DNA of 32,000 nt from Ruminococcus albus 7 = DSM 20455 (GTDB lineage: Bacteria > Bacillota > Clostridia > Oscillospirales > Ruminococcaceae), in NCBI RefSeq assembly GCF_000179635.2, contig NC_014833.1, positions 3,240,001 to 3,272,000 on the forward strand, written 5' to 3'. This document shows positions 7,261 through 15,934 of this stretch, piece after piece. The position numbers and the translations under genes were made by a program. The notes beneath the pieces were generated by a model. The model saw nothing but the letters and a program-made list of their open reading frames with translations, was not told the DNA's origin and did no database searches. Numbering within the stretch: the stretch's first letter is position 1; the number at the start of each line of letters is the position of its first letter.

Positions 7261-9582
7261 TTATTTCAGTGTGATATACGGTGTCCAGTAAGCCTGATCG
7301 TATATATCCGTGAACTTGTATGTCAGCCTTACGCTGCCGTCGCCAACATCGGTATCGCTGAGTTTCAGCGCACCATTTACGGTTATCTGCTCGCCCAGCA
7401 TATAGCTGTCCTGATAGTCACCGTCATAGCTGTAGTAATCGCAGAGGAAATCTATTGTATCGCCGTCTTTGATATCTATCTCGCCCTTTGCGACTGTATC
7501 AGTCTCGCCGTCAACATAAGCGTCTGTCGCACCGATGACCTCACCCTCGGGCTTCTCGTCGGTGAATTTCAGTATCAGATCAACTCTGTCACCGTTGAGC
7601 AGCGCAGGAACATATCCTGTTATGGTGTAGTCATCACCGTTCTCAACAGTATCGGTATGATAATAAGCCACAGGCTGACCGTTTATGGATAGCCATGTCT
7701 TATCGGTATCGGCAGCGAGCTTGCCGTCCTCAAAGCTGTACATATTGTCAAGACCAAGATCAATATAGCCGTTTCCGTCATCGTAGAAAAGGTTCAGGTC
7801 AATGCTCTGCACCAGCTTCCACTGATTTTCGGGGAGCTCCATAAGATGCTTGCCGTCCTTTTCATCCCATACCAGATTATTTACATCGAAATAATTCAGT
7901 GAAAGGTACTCTGCAGTATCGCTGTCAGATATGGAATCCTCGTTCATGAAGTCGGTGTTGTTCCTGTCAAGTCCGTCAATGCTCTTTCCCGAGCCTCCGA
8001 GGAACGCGCCCAGCAGTCCGCTGATTATATCAGCACTTCCGCTTGAACCGCTGCTGCCGCTGCCGAACAGTGAACCTATAGGTGAACCGGTACCGCCCGC
8101 AGCTATCTGACCGCTTGTTTCAAGCTTTGCAAACTGACGTATGCATTTGCTGTATTCATCACCCATGCCGATAGCGCTGTAGGTACTGCAGGCTGAGTCA
8201 ACAAATGAAGTCCTCTGATAAGGGAAGTATATGGACACGCCGTAAGCATTCGTCATGCTTGCAGAGGTGCGGTTGTACTTAACAGCACCTTTCAGTGCAT
8301 CACACAGCGCCTTGCCCTCGGAAGTACCCACCTTGTCTGCCAGGTCTACCAGGTCAACCTGATCTATCTTTGAACTCTTTGCAAATTCACGGGTGTTGTT
8401 TCTTGCAGTTGATACGGACTTATAGTCCTTTGCGGTTATCTTTCCGCTTACGGAAGTCGCAAAAGCAGAAAGCTTTGAAGGTACGGTATTTGCAAACTCA
8501 GCAAGGTCGATAACAGAAAGTGTGGTCTGTGAACTGGGGCATTTCTTGCCGCAGGCAGCCACAAAGTCATCAACTATGTTCTTGCCGATCTCAATAGTGG
8601 GCATAGAAGTATTCTCACCCAGCTTTGTCAGCCAGTTGGTATAGTACCAGCCGATACCGGGCTCAGTCTCCTCTGATGCTATCATATAGTCTGCGTGCTG
8701 ACCCAGCATCAGGGCTGTTTCCGCAGTAGCCATAAGGCAGGCATCAAAGCCTATGAAATCGAACTTCACGCCGCCGTCTTTCAGTGCCTTGTTTATGCCC
8801 GCAAGGTCCATTGAGCCTGCAGACTTGTTCTTCTCATCGTAGCCGTAACCGCTTACCGATCCGCCGCCGTGATCCCACAGGATGAGCTCGTTTCTGTTTG
8901 CAGGGAAATTCTTGCTGCAATACTTTATAAAGGATGAAAGGTTGGAAGGATCTGTCATCGGCTTTTTGCCGTCATCCTTTACCAGCGGTTTCAGACCGCC
9001 GTCCTTCACCTGATATATCTGGTTTACGTTCTCACTGACGCCCTTGGTCTTCCATGCCTTGCAGCCGCCGGTATACACAACTATGTTCACGTTGTCACCG
9101 TACTTGGATGCAGCCATTTCCGCCAGGTCAGAGGATGCCATGCCGTATTTTGATTCAAGGTCAGTGCCGCAGATGTATACCATCAGCGTTACTGTGTCCT
9201 TTCCGTCACCCTTTATGGAAGTATACTTTTCACGGGAACCTGCTGCCACCGTAGTATCAAGCTCAGTGCCGTTGTATGCTGTGAAACCCGAAGTATCCAC
9301 AGCTTCAAAGCCCGAAGGCGATGAACCGTTTCCGCCGACACCGCCCGAAGTGCTTCCGCCCTTGCCGCCTGTCAGCAGATTGAATACTACTATAGCAATA
9401 ACTATCAGCAGAGAACCTCCGCCGCCCAGTGCAGCACGGTTAACTCCGCCGCCCGAGGAACTTCCTCCGCCGCTGCCCGAACCGACAGGACCTCCGCCGA
9501 TACCGCTGCCGCGCTTATGAACGCCACTGCCGCCCGACTGATAGTTCTTTTGTCTTGCACGGGGACGATTGTTGTTATCCAT
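7261..9582 (-). CDS. Membrane-anchored clostripain-like cysteine peptidase (family C11)
   Basis: Catalytic dyad context ILWDHGGG (His) and FIGFDACLMAT (Cys), typical of C11. The N-terminus is about 55 aa of Gly/Ser-rich sequence, then one TM segment (LLIVIAIVVFNLL). The GGGAGG RBS lies 8 nt upstream. Confidence 0.85.
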   Translation of the reverse strand: MDNNNRPRARQKNYQSGGSGVHKRGSGIGGGPVGSGSGGGSSSGGGVNRAALGGGGSLLIVIAIVVFNLLTGGKGGSTSGGVGGNGSSPSGFEAVDTSGFTAYNGTELDTTVAAGSREKYTSIKGDGKDTVTLMVYICGTDLESKYGMASSDLAEMAASKYGDNVNIVVYTGGCKAWKTKGVSENVNQIYQVKDGGLKPLVKDDGKKPMTDPSNLSSFIKYCSKNFPANRNELILWDHGGGSVSGYGYDEKNKSAGSMDLAGINKALKDGGVKFDFIGFDACLMATAETALMLGQHADYMIASEETEPGIGWYYTNWLTKLGENTSMPTIEIGKNIVDDFVAACGKKCPSSQTTLSVIDLAEFANTVPSKLSAFATSVSGKITAKDYKSVSTARNNTREFAKSSKIDQVDLVDLADKVGTSEGKALCDALKGAVKYNRTSASMTNAYGVSIYFPYQRTSFVDSACSTYSAIGMGDEYSKCIRQFAKLETSGQIAAGGTGSPIGSLFGSGSSGSSGSADIISGLLGAFLGGSGKSIDGLDRNNTDFMNEDSISDSDTAEYLSLNYFDVNNLVWDEKDGKHLMELPENQWKLVQSIDLNLFYDDGNGYIDLGLDNMYSFEDGKLAADTDKTWLSINGQPVAYYHTDTVENGDDYTITGYVPALLNGDRVDLILKFTDEKPEGEVIGATDAYVDGETDTVAKGEIDIKDGDTIDFLCDYYSYDGDYQDSYMLGEQITVNGALKLSDTDVGDGSVRLTYKFTDIYDQAYWTPYITLK

Positions 9583-9621
9583 TCAAATTACCTCCCGCTG
9601 AAAATATCAATATAATATACT

Positions 9622-9650
9622 ATTTTACACGATTTTTGCAGGATTGTCAA
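9622..9650 (-). promoter_or_regulatory. Candidate sigma-A promoter for the C11 peptidase gene
   Basis: Minus strand: TTGACA (9650-9645), a 17 nt spacer, TAAAAT (9627-9622). Confidence 0.5.
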
Positions 9651-9710
9651 GAATCACGTATATCTCCGCTTTTCATCACTGATATGATCGTACATGATAT
9701 CACCTCAAAG

Positions 9711-10430
9711 CTATATTATGCTGTCGAGAGGTTCGTCCGCAAGTATCTTTTTGCCGTTTTCCTCAGCGTATTCCGCAAAATCATCAAACTTCCTGTTGCC
9801 GGTTATGATATCGTATCCGATATTCACCGTAACATCACCTCTGCCGATGCGGTGATAATCCGAACCCAGCACATGAACATACCCATGCTCGATAAGCTTC
9901 ATGCAGCGCCTCTTTGACATGAATGATGTGAGAGATTTTGCATTTATCTGTCCCAGAAGATCCAGACGCATCAGTTCCTCCAAACGTTTCATTGAAGTAA
10001 AGTTAAGATACCTTTCGATATGCGCCACATACACCTTTACATCTCCTCTTTCGGTTATGGATGCCACACCGTCGATGATCCTGTCGTCCAGATCTGTGTA
10101 GGGCATCTCCAAAAGAAGCCAGTTAGTACCGTCGATGCAAAGTTCGGGGAGCTTTTCATAATTCACAAGAGAATGATCGTAAAGCACCTCAGCACCGAAA
10201 CGGATAGCAGGGTGCTCGGGTCTTAACTGCGGTGCCAGCTGTTCATAGGCTTTTGCACGCTTCTCCAGAAAAGAATCCACCGATTGTTCTGTGCAGTAAA
10301 AATGGGGCGTTGCTACTATGGTATCAATACCGCCCTTTGTCATTACATCAAGTATCTTCAATGATTCTTCCACATTTCGTGAACCGTCATCTATCCCCGG
10401 CAGAAAGTGTGAGTGAAAATCTATCAGCAT
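9711..10430 (-). CDS. PHP-family protein-tyrosine phosphatase (CpsB/YwqE type)
   Basis: MLIDFHSHFLPGIDDGS...ATPHF...GSDYH are the metal-binding His/Asp motifs of CpsB/YwqE manganese-dependent phosphatases. Confidence 0.85.
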   Translation of the reverse strand: MLIDFHSHFLPGIDDGSRNVEESLKILDVMTKGGIDTIVATPHFYCTEQSVDSFLEKRAKAYEQLAPQLRPEHPAIRFGAEVLYDHSLVNYEKLPELCIDGTNWLLLEMPYTDLDDRIIDGVASITERGDVKVYVAHIERYLNFTSMKRLEELMRLDLLGQINAKSLTSFMSKRRCMKLIEHGYVHVLGSDYHRIGRGDVTVNIGYDIITGNRKFDDFAEYAEENGKKILADEPLDSII

Positions 10431-10479
10431 AGTTCTTCTCCTGACTATCGGTTTAAGTTGTTTGTTTTACTATATTAAT

Positions 10480-10508
10480 ATTATATCACAGCCAAATAGA
10501 ATTGTAAA
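10480..10508 (-). promoter_or_regulatory. Candidate sigma-A promoter (extended -10) for the phosphatase gene
   Basis: Minus strand: TTTACA (10508-10503), a 17 nt spacer, TGaTATAAT with TATAAT at 10485-10480. Confidence 0.5.
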
Positions 10509-10540
10509 GGGATAAAACGGGGAGTTCCGAATTAGGAAAG

Positions 10541-10574
10541 AAAAAAATAAAAAGGCATTCACACAATGCCTTTT
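10541..10574 (-). terminator. Rho-independent terminator after the DegV gene
   Basis: Stem AAAGGCATT / AATGCCTTT with a 6 nt loop. On the minus strand it is followed by TTATTTTTTT. Confidence 0.7.
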
Positions 10575-10603
10575 TATCCCCTTAGTAAATCGTTTTCAGC
10601 CAT

Positions 10604-11470
10604 TCAGCGGTGATCTCCCCAGAAGAACAGCGCCAGTGTACCGGGTCCTGAGTGGGCACCGATAACGGGTCCGATGTATGACATAACGACCTCGATATTC
10701 TCACCGAATATCTCCTTCATCATATTTTCAGCATACTTTGCATCTTCGATACAGTCGCCGTGGCTGATAGCAACTATATCGTTCAGACGTTCGCCCTTGC
10801 GCTCGCGTATCATCTGTCCCAGTTTGTTTATGGACTGCTTTCTGCCGCGCACCTTGTCCTGAGGTATCAGATGACCGTCATTGTCCACATTCAGCAAAGG
10901 CTTTATGCCCAGCACCGTACCTGCTATCGCAGAAGCACGCGATACCCTTCCGCCGCGGAACAGGTATTTAAGATCATCGACTGTAAATACATGGCAGATG
11001 TTGAAACGGTTGACCTCCAGCCAGCCTGCAAGACTTTCGATATCCATGCCCTCACGTTTTTTCATCTCGGCATATATCAGCAGAAGTCCTTCACCTGCGG
11101 ATGCACTGAGGGAGTCTATAACTATTATCTTCGCCTCGGGATACTTCTCCGTCAGATCGTCCTTAGCTATCAGCGCACTGTTGTAGGTGCCGCTGAGTCC
11201 CGAAGAAAAAGCAAGATACAGTATATCTCTCCCCTGCTTCAGTTCCTCCTCAAAAGCATCACGAAAAACCCCCACAGATATCTGAGAGGTCTTTGTGTCA
11301 GCGTCCTCACGCATACGCCTGTAAAACTCCTGCATGGATATCTCCTCTGTCGTATAGGACTTTCCGTCTATCTCAAACGTCAGGGGGATTATCCTGCAAT
11401 CCATTTTCAGCAGTCTTTCTTCAGGCAGATCACAGGTCGAATCACAGAAAAGTGTATATGGTCTTGTCAT
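10604..11470 (-). CDS. DegV-family fatty-acid-binding protein
   Basis: The length of 288 aa, the N-terminal LFCDSTCDLP, the SSGLSGTYNSA motif and the C-terminal GPVIGAHSGPGTLALFF are all typical of DegV. Confidence 0.9.
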   Translation of the reverse strand: MTRPYTLFCDSTCDLPEERLLKMDCRIIPLTFEIDGKSYTTEEISMQEFYRRMREDADTKTSQISVGVFRDAFEEELKQGRDILYLAFSSGLSGTYNSALIAKDDLTEKYPEAKIIVIDSLSASAGEGLLLIYAEMKKREGMDIESLAGWLEVNRFNICHVFTVDDLKYLFRGGRVSRASAIAGTVLGIKPLLNVDNDGHLIPQDKVRGRKQSINKLGQMIRERKGERLNDIVAISHGDCIEDAKYAENMMKEIFGENIEVVMSYIGPVIGAHSGPGTLALFFWGDHR

Positions 11471-11700
11471 AGCTGATCACTCCATTTTAAATAGTTATCT
11501 CAAAACTTCACGGATGTCTGCTTGATTTTATGTAAGTATATCATACTTTCATGTGTATTTCAATAGGTTTTATGAAAATTTTTTGACAGTTGTCTGAAAG
11601 TTCTACACGTGTTTATGTGAAAATTGTATATCGGGTACGATATTTGTTGTGTTGATTTTATTGATGCATACAAAGCGGAGGTAAACAGAGGTAAATGATA

Positions 11701-11729
11701 TTGACATTTTGAAATAAATGTGATATTAT
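11701..11729 (+). promoter_or_regulatory. Candidate sigma-A promoter (extended -10) for the SPFH operon, implying a leader of about 170 nt
   Basis: TTGACA at 11701-11706, a 17 nt spacer, TGaTATTAT with TATTAT at 11724-11729. Confidence 0.5.
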
Positions 11730-11907
11730 TTTGATATCAGAAAGAGATATAAAAGAAACAAACCGCAGGTCAGGCACTTTCTGATGACCGCAGACAACAA
11801 GGAAGGATAACTATGATAAAGAGAAATAAGCTTATTTTCCGACGATGCATATTCAGTCATTCAACAAAGCGGAACGATCAAAACATATAATAAAGGAGAC
11901 GATCATT

Positions 11908-12936
11908 ATGACAGAGAAAATTTTATCAACAAAGAAAAACGGAATGGGAATGATGATGCTTTTCACCATACTCTATATAGCAGCTTTCTTCGGTATCCCT
12001 GCGGGAATAAGCATCGGAGGTTCGGCAGGCATAATTGTTAAGGTGATCTCGGGTCTATGGGCAACAATAGGCTGGATACCCTTCATCGGACTCAAAGTTC
12101 TCCGTCCGCAGGAAGCACTGGTACTGACACTCTTCGGCAAATACAAGGGCACACTCAAGGGTGACGGATTCTACTGGGTAAACCCCTTCTGCACAGCCGT
12201 TAACCCCGCAGCTAACACAAAGCTCCGCCAGAGCGGTGATGTAAAGAACGATACCGCAAAGACTTCCACAACAGCAGGCGGACAGGGTGCTGTAAACCCT
12301 GCAACAGGCTATGCGAAGATCGACAAGAGGATCTCCCTGAAAATGATGACCCTCGATAACAACAAGCAGAAGATCAACGACTGCCTCGGCAACCCCATCG
12401 AGATAGGCATAGCAGTTATCTGGAGAGTTGTTGACACCGCAAAGGCAGTATTCGAGGTAGATAACTATAAGGAGTATCTCTCACTTCAGTGTGATACCGC
12501 ACTGAGAAATATCGTAAGGCTCTATCCTTATGATGTAGCACCCAACGTTGACACCACAGGCGACGGCGTAGCCGATGAAGGCAGCCTGAGAGGATCTTCC
12601 GAGATAGTTGCACAGCGTATCCGTGATGAGATACAGGAAAAAGTAAAGAATGCAGGCATTGAGATCATCGAGGCGCGTATAACTTACCTTGCCTATGCTC
12701 CCGAGATCGCTGCCGCTATGCTCCAGAGACAGCAGGCAAGCGCAGTAGTTGACGCAAGAAAGCTGATAGTAGACGGTGCGGTAGGCATGGTTGAAATGGC
12801 ACTTGAACAGCTCAGCGAAAAGAACGTTGTTGAACTGGATGACGAGCGCAAGGCAGCTATGGTATCCAATCTGCTGGTAGTTCTCTGCGGCAACCACGAT
12901 GCACAGCCCGTAGTAAATTCGGGCAGCCTGTACTAA
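11908..12936 (+). CDS. SPFH/band-7 (stomatin/flotillin-like) domain membrane protein
   Basis: The ATG at 11908 follows AAGGAG (11893-11898); the track start at 11845 has no RBS. There are two N-terminal TM segments. The SPFH-like core is [16 protein letters not shown]...ALRNIVR...[27 protein letters not shown]. Confidence 0.8.
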   Translation: MTEKILSTKKNGMGMMMLFTILYIAAFFGIPAGISIGGSAGIIVKVISGLWATIGWIPFIGLKVLRPQEALVLTLFGKYKGTLKGDGFYWVNPFCTAVNPAANTKLRQSGDVKNDTAKTSTTAGGQGAVNPATGYAKIDKRISLKMMTLDNNKQKINDCLGNPIEIGIAVIWRVVDTAKAVFEVDNYKEYLSLQCDTALRNIVRLYPYDVAPNVDTTGDGVADEGSLRGSSEIVAQRIRDEIQEKVKNAGIEIIEARITYLAYAPEIAAAMLQRQQASAVVDARKLIVDGAVGMVEMALEQLSEKNVVELDDERKAAMVSNLLVVLCGNHDAQPVVNSGSLY

Positions 12937-12939
12937 GCT

Positions 12940-13146
12940 ATGGCAGCAAAGAAGCAGATACCGCTGAGACTTTCAGAGAAGTTGTACAACGATATAGCTT
13001 CATGGGCAGAAGATGACTTCCGCTCCGTTAACGGGCAGATAGAGTATCTTCTGACAGAATGTGTAAAACAGCGGCGTAAAAACGGCGGCTATGCAGGCAA
13101 GGACATAGATGCTCCGCCCGACCTTGATGTAAAGGACTTTGAATAA
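12940..13146 (+). CDS. Small ribbon-helix-helix (Arc/MetJ/CopG-like) protein
   Basis: Starts 3 nt after the SPFH stop. IPLRLSEKLYNDIASWAEDDFRSVNGQIEYLL fits the RHH pattern: a beta strand, helix A, then the RS-x-N-x-x-I motif in helix B. Confidence 0.65.
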   Translation: MAAKKQIPLRLSEKLYNDIASWAEDDFRSVNGQIEYLLTECVKQRRKNGGYAGKDIDAPPDLDVKDFE

Positions 13147-13153
13147 AAAAAAT

Positions 13154-13182
13154 GCGGCACTTCCGTCCGTCGGGAGTGCCGC
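13154..13182 (+). terminator. Terminator after the SPFH-RHH operon
   Basis: Stem GCGGCACTTCC / GGGAGTGCCGC (one G-U pair), followed by TTATATTTT. Confidence 0.6.
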
Positions 13183-13193
13183 TTATATTTTAC

Positions 13194-13227
13194 AAAAAAA
13201 CACTTCCGCATCACCTCAGCGGAAGTG
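13194..13227 (-). terminator. Terminator after the SH3b gene (minus strand)
   Basis: Stem CACTTCCGC / GCGGAAGTG with a 9 nt loop. The A7 run at 13194-13200 provides the T tract on the minus strand. Confidence 0.6.
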
Positions 13228-13241
13228 TTTTGTACTCATGC

Positions 13242-13874
13242 TTAGTTTACACCTACGGGTGCTGTAAAGTAGTTGCCCCATGCGTAGCCCTTCTGTCCGT
13301 TATAATCAACGTAGAACCAGTTGTTCTCGTTGCGTATGAAGGTCACCTCAACTCCGCCGGGGATAACATCTATCTGAGCGGAACTCGATGAGGGCTCGGG
13401 ATGCAGTATTACCGCACCTGTACAGGTTATCTTCTGTGTATTCTCATCTTCATCCTCTTCTTCCTCTTCCTTTTTGGAAGTCTTTTTCTTGGAGGACTTT
13501 TTAGAATTTACATTCTCCGTAGCAGTCTTGGTCTCGGGTGCTATATATTCAGTCGATGTTATCGTGCCTGTAGCTACATCACCCTTTGCATTATCCGGAA
13601 AAAGATTCTTCCAGAAAAGCATTATAACTATGATAACTATAAGGAAAGTTATCATTATAGCGATTATGCCTTTTACTGCCGAAGCCATCTGAGCTTCTTT
13701 TTCCAGCTGTCTTCTTGATTTTCTCACGCCCTGCTTGTTAGGAGCGGGGCGTCTCTGCGCCTGCCTGTCAGGTCTGCCTTGCATATTCGGCTGACCCTGT
13801 CTGTACTGACCACCGTGCTGATCATGCATCGGCTGACGTGAGTGATTATTTCTATACTGATTATTCTCGGGCAT
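13242..13874 (-). CDS. Single-pass membrane protein with a C-terminal bacterial SH3 (SH3b) domain
   Basis: Q/R/P-rich N-terminus, TM segment IIAIMITFLIVIIVIMLFW, a K/E-rich linker, and a C-terminal SH3_3-like sequence AVILHPEPSSSSAQIDVIPGGVEVTFIRNENNWFYVDYNGQKGYAWGNYF. Confidence 0.7.
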   Translation of the reverse strand: MPENNQYRNNHSRQPMHDQHGGQYRQGQPNMQGRPDRQAQRRPAPNKQGVRKSRRQLEKEAQMASAVKGIIAIMITFLIVIIVIMLFWKNLFPDNAKGDVATGTITSTEYIAPETKTATENVNSKKSSKKKTSKKEEEEEDEDENTQKITCTGAVILHPEPSSSSAQIDVIPGGVEVTFIRNENNWFYVDYNGQKGYAWGNYFTAPVGVN

Positions 13875-14078
13875 CTGCCTGTCTTCCTTTCAAAAAATTG
13901 TGCACTTCGCTCTCACAAAATATTTTACCTTATTATTATACATTTTTACATACAAAATGTCAATTAAAATTCGGTTACATTAAGCCTTAGTATTTTCTTA
14001 ATATTGTAAACGCTTCGGTCTCAGGTATATATTGCCCGAAAATTGCGGAGTTTATACACCATATCCGCATTATCGGAT

Positions 14079-14107
14079 TTGACTTGACGTTCAGCCGGTG
14101 ATATAAT
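14079..14107 (+). promoter_or_regulatory. Candidate sigma-A promoter (extended -10)
   Basis: TTGACT at 14079-14084, a 17 nt spacer, TGaTATAAT with TATAAT at 14102-14107, 35 nt upstream of the ATG at 14143. Confidence 0.55.
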
Positions 14108-14142
14108 CATAAAAGCAGATACCTTTTGAAAGGATTGATTTT

Positions 14143-14832
14143 ATGAAAAAGCTGTACGCTCTGTTAACAGCAGCATTGATGACATTTACACTTGCCATCC
14201 CTGCCGCTGCCGTAAAGCATTATGACCCTGCTGTCGGTCACATAACAACAGACGGCGCCCCTGAGGGAACTGTATATACGGATATCCTTGTGAAGCTGCC
14301 GACTGACGATGATAACTACACCGATTTCACACAGCCCCCGGAAGTATGCGCAGAAGGCGCCGAAAGCGGTCATCCCATTGATATCAGCGCAGAAAGTGAA
14401 ATAGCCAGATACAGTGAAAACGGCTATGTCAGCCTTTCGCTGCACCACAAAAAAGCAGGCACCCTCTGCATTTACCCAGATGAAGAGGTACTGAAGATGT
14501 CATCCTCGTCCTCGGCATCCTGCGATCTTATAGATCTGAGCATAGCCTACGGCGCTTTCAAGGCAGCCTATGTTGACGGCAGCGGTAACATCCTGGGTGT
14601 TACATCACCGTCGGATACCGAATATTCCCGTGACACCCCATACGGCTTCCATACAGACGGCAGCAGTCTAACATTTCAGCGGCATGGCGCACATCCCCGT
14701 ACTATCTCGCTGATAGTTGCAGGCACAACTTTAGTGCTGATATCCCTGCCGCTAATAACAGGCTACGTTTTATCCAAGCGCAAAAAGCGCATCAAACCCG
14801 CTGCCAACGCATCCGAAGGCACCAAGAAATAA
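14143..14832 (+). CDS. Hypothetical exported protein with a C-terminal membrane anchor
   Basis: Signal peptide MKKLYALLTAALMTFTLAIPAAA. C-terminal TM segment ISLIVAGTTLVLISLPLITGYVL followed by the basic tail SKRKKRIK. There is no LPXTG motif. Confidence 0.6.
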   Translation: MKKLYALLTAALMTFTLAIPAAAVKHYDPAVGHITTDGAPEGTVYTDILVKLPTDDDNYTDFTQPPEVCAEGAESGHPIDISAESEIARYSENGYVSLSLHHKKAGTLCIYPDEEVLKMSSSSSASCDLIDLSIAYGAFKAAYVDGSGNILGVTSPSDTEYSRDTPYGFHTDGSSLTFQRHGAHPRTISLIVAGTTLVLISLPLITGYVLSKRKKRIKPAANASEGTKK

Positions 14833-14848
14833 ACCGTACCACAAAACA

Positions 14849-14876
14849 GAGCGTATGCATTCGTTTGCATACGCTC
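14849..14876. terminator. Hairpin terminator between convergent genes
   Basis: An 11 bp perfect stem GAGCGTATGCA / TGCATACGCTC with a 6 nt loop, followed on the plus strand by GTAATTTTTT. Confidence 0.65.
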
Positions 14877-14909
14877 GTAATTTTTTATTGCCAGTGATAC
14901 GTGCCGTCA

Positions 14910-15866
14910 TCAATAGAATGTCGCAACTTCCTGTGCAGGTGCCTCGGCAGGTGTAAGTTCCTCTACCACCAGTACAGGGCCCTTGCCCTTGTACAGCTTA
15001 TGCTTCTGCATCTTGACGGTGAAAGTCGCATTGAACCACTTGGGCCTGGTAAGGTCTATCTCCTTATCGTAAAGGGTCGCAAGCCAGCAGAATGTTATAT
15101 CCTCCACACAGCAGGTCATTATCTTCCTGCCCAGTGCGATAGTACCCTTTGGGAACTTCGGATTCATCGCCGCCATAGCTTTCAGCTTTATACGCTTGCC
15201 GTCATACTTTTCGGGCTCCTCGTTGATATCCCTGTACCACAGTGCGTAGTCCCTGTCCTCAACAACTATGGTATCAGCGTTTATATCAAAGGGCAGAGGA
15301 TCTTCGATATCATCGTACTCCGATGTACCGTCGGTACACTCATAAGCGATATCGCAGCGCCTGCTTACACCTCTTACTATCTTGTGGAACTCCATTTTGT
15401 CCATAGCCGCCTTGTCAAAGCGGTTGAACACGGTAAGCTCGCAGTTGGAAAGCTTATCCACCACCAGTGATCTCATGTTCTGATTGTAGTTCATGAACGT
15501 AGTAGCATCCACGAAATTCATTATCTGGTAGATCGCCCAGTTATCGGGCAGGGCATTCAGCAGATCGTTCATCGTCCACATACCGTTGTACTCTATCATT
15601 ACTCTCTGACCGTGTACCTCGGTATACAGCTTCTGCAGATTGATAGGGTTCAGTTCGTCCTTATCCTCTATAACACGGGGATAGATATGGCTCTTATCGA
15701 AGTCCTTGGTGTCGTACTCCTCCATGCCCTCCTCGCATATAAGCAGAAGTGTCCTGTCGCCGTTGTTGAAACGCCTGTCCTCAAGGGTCTGCTTTATAAA
15801 GGAGGTCTTGCCGCCCTCCAGGAATCCCGTGAACAGGTACACGGGGATAAAATTATCTTCATTCAT
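14910..15866 (-). CDS. Divergent COG0523/G3E-family P-loop GTPase paralog lacking the CxCC metal motif
   Basis: N-terminal P-loop YLFTGFLEGGKTSF. CEEGMEEYD stands in place of the ENEFG motif. There is a Walker-B-like MIEYNG and an NRFD (NKxD-like) motif. No CxCC is present after the P-loop. This is the last gene of the three-gene minus-strand operon. Confidence 0.7.
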   Translation of the reverse strand: MNEDNFIPVYLFTGFLEGGKTSFIKQTLEDRRFNNGDRTLLLICEEGMEEYDTKDFDKSHIYPRVIEDKDELNPINLQKLYTEVHGQRVMIEYNGMWTMNDLLNALPDNWAIYQIMNFVDATTFMNYNQNMRSLVVDKLSNCELTVFNRFDKAAMDKMEFHKIVRGVSRRCDIAYECTDGTSEYDDIEDPLPFDINADTIVVEDRDYALWYRDINEEPEKYDGKRIKLKAMAAMNPKFPKGTIALGRKIMTCCVEDITFCWLATLYDKEIDLTRPKWFNATFTVKMQKHKLYKGKGPVLVVEELTPAEAPAQEVATFY

Positions 15867-15934
15867 TTTCAGTTTACTCTCCCGAATATAATCTAGTACG
15901 GGCTATATCCGCCCGAAGTATCTGTTGCATACCG

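Noticed and set aside
13401-13718. ORFs of 105 and 72 aa on the plus strand inside the SH3b gene.
   Set aside because: They are antisense to the K/E-rich linker and TM region of the minus-strand gene. Their composition is low complexity (Phe/Leu/Ile) and there is no RBS.
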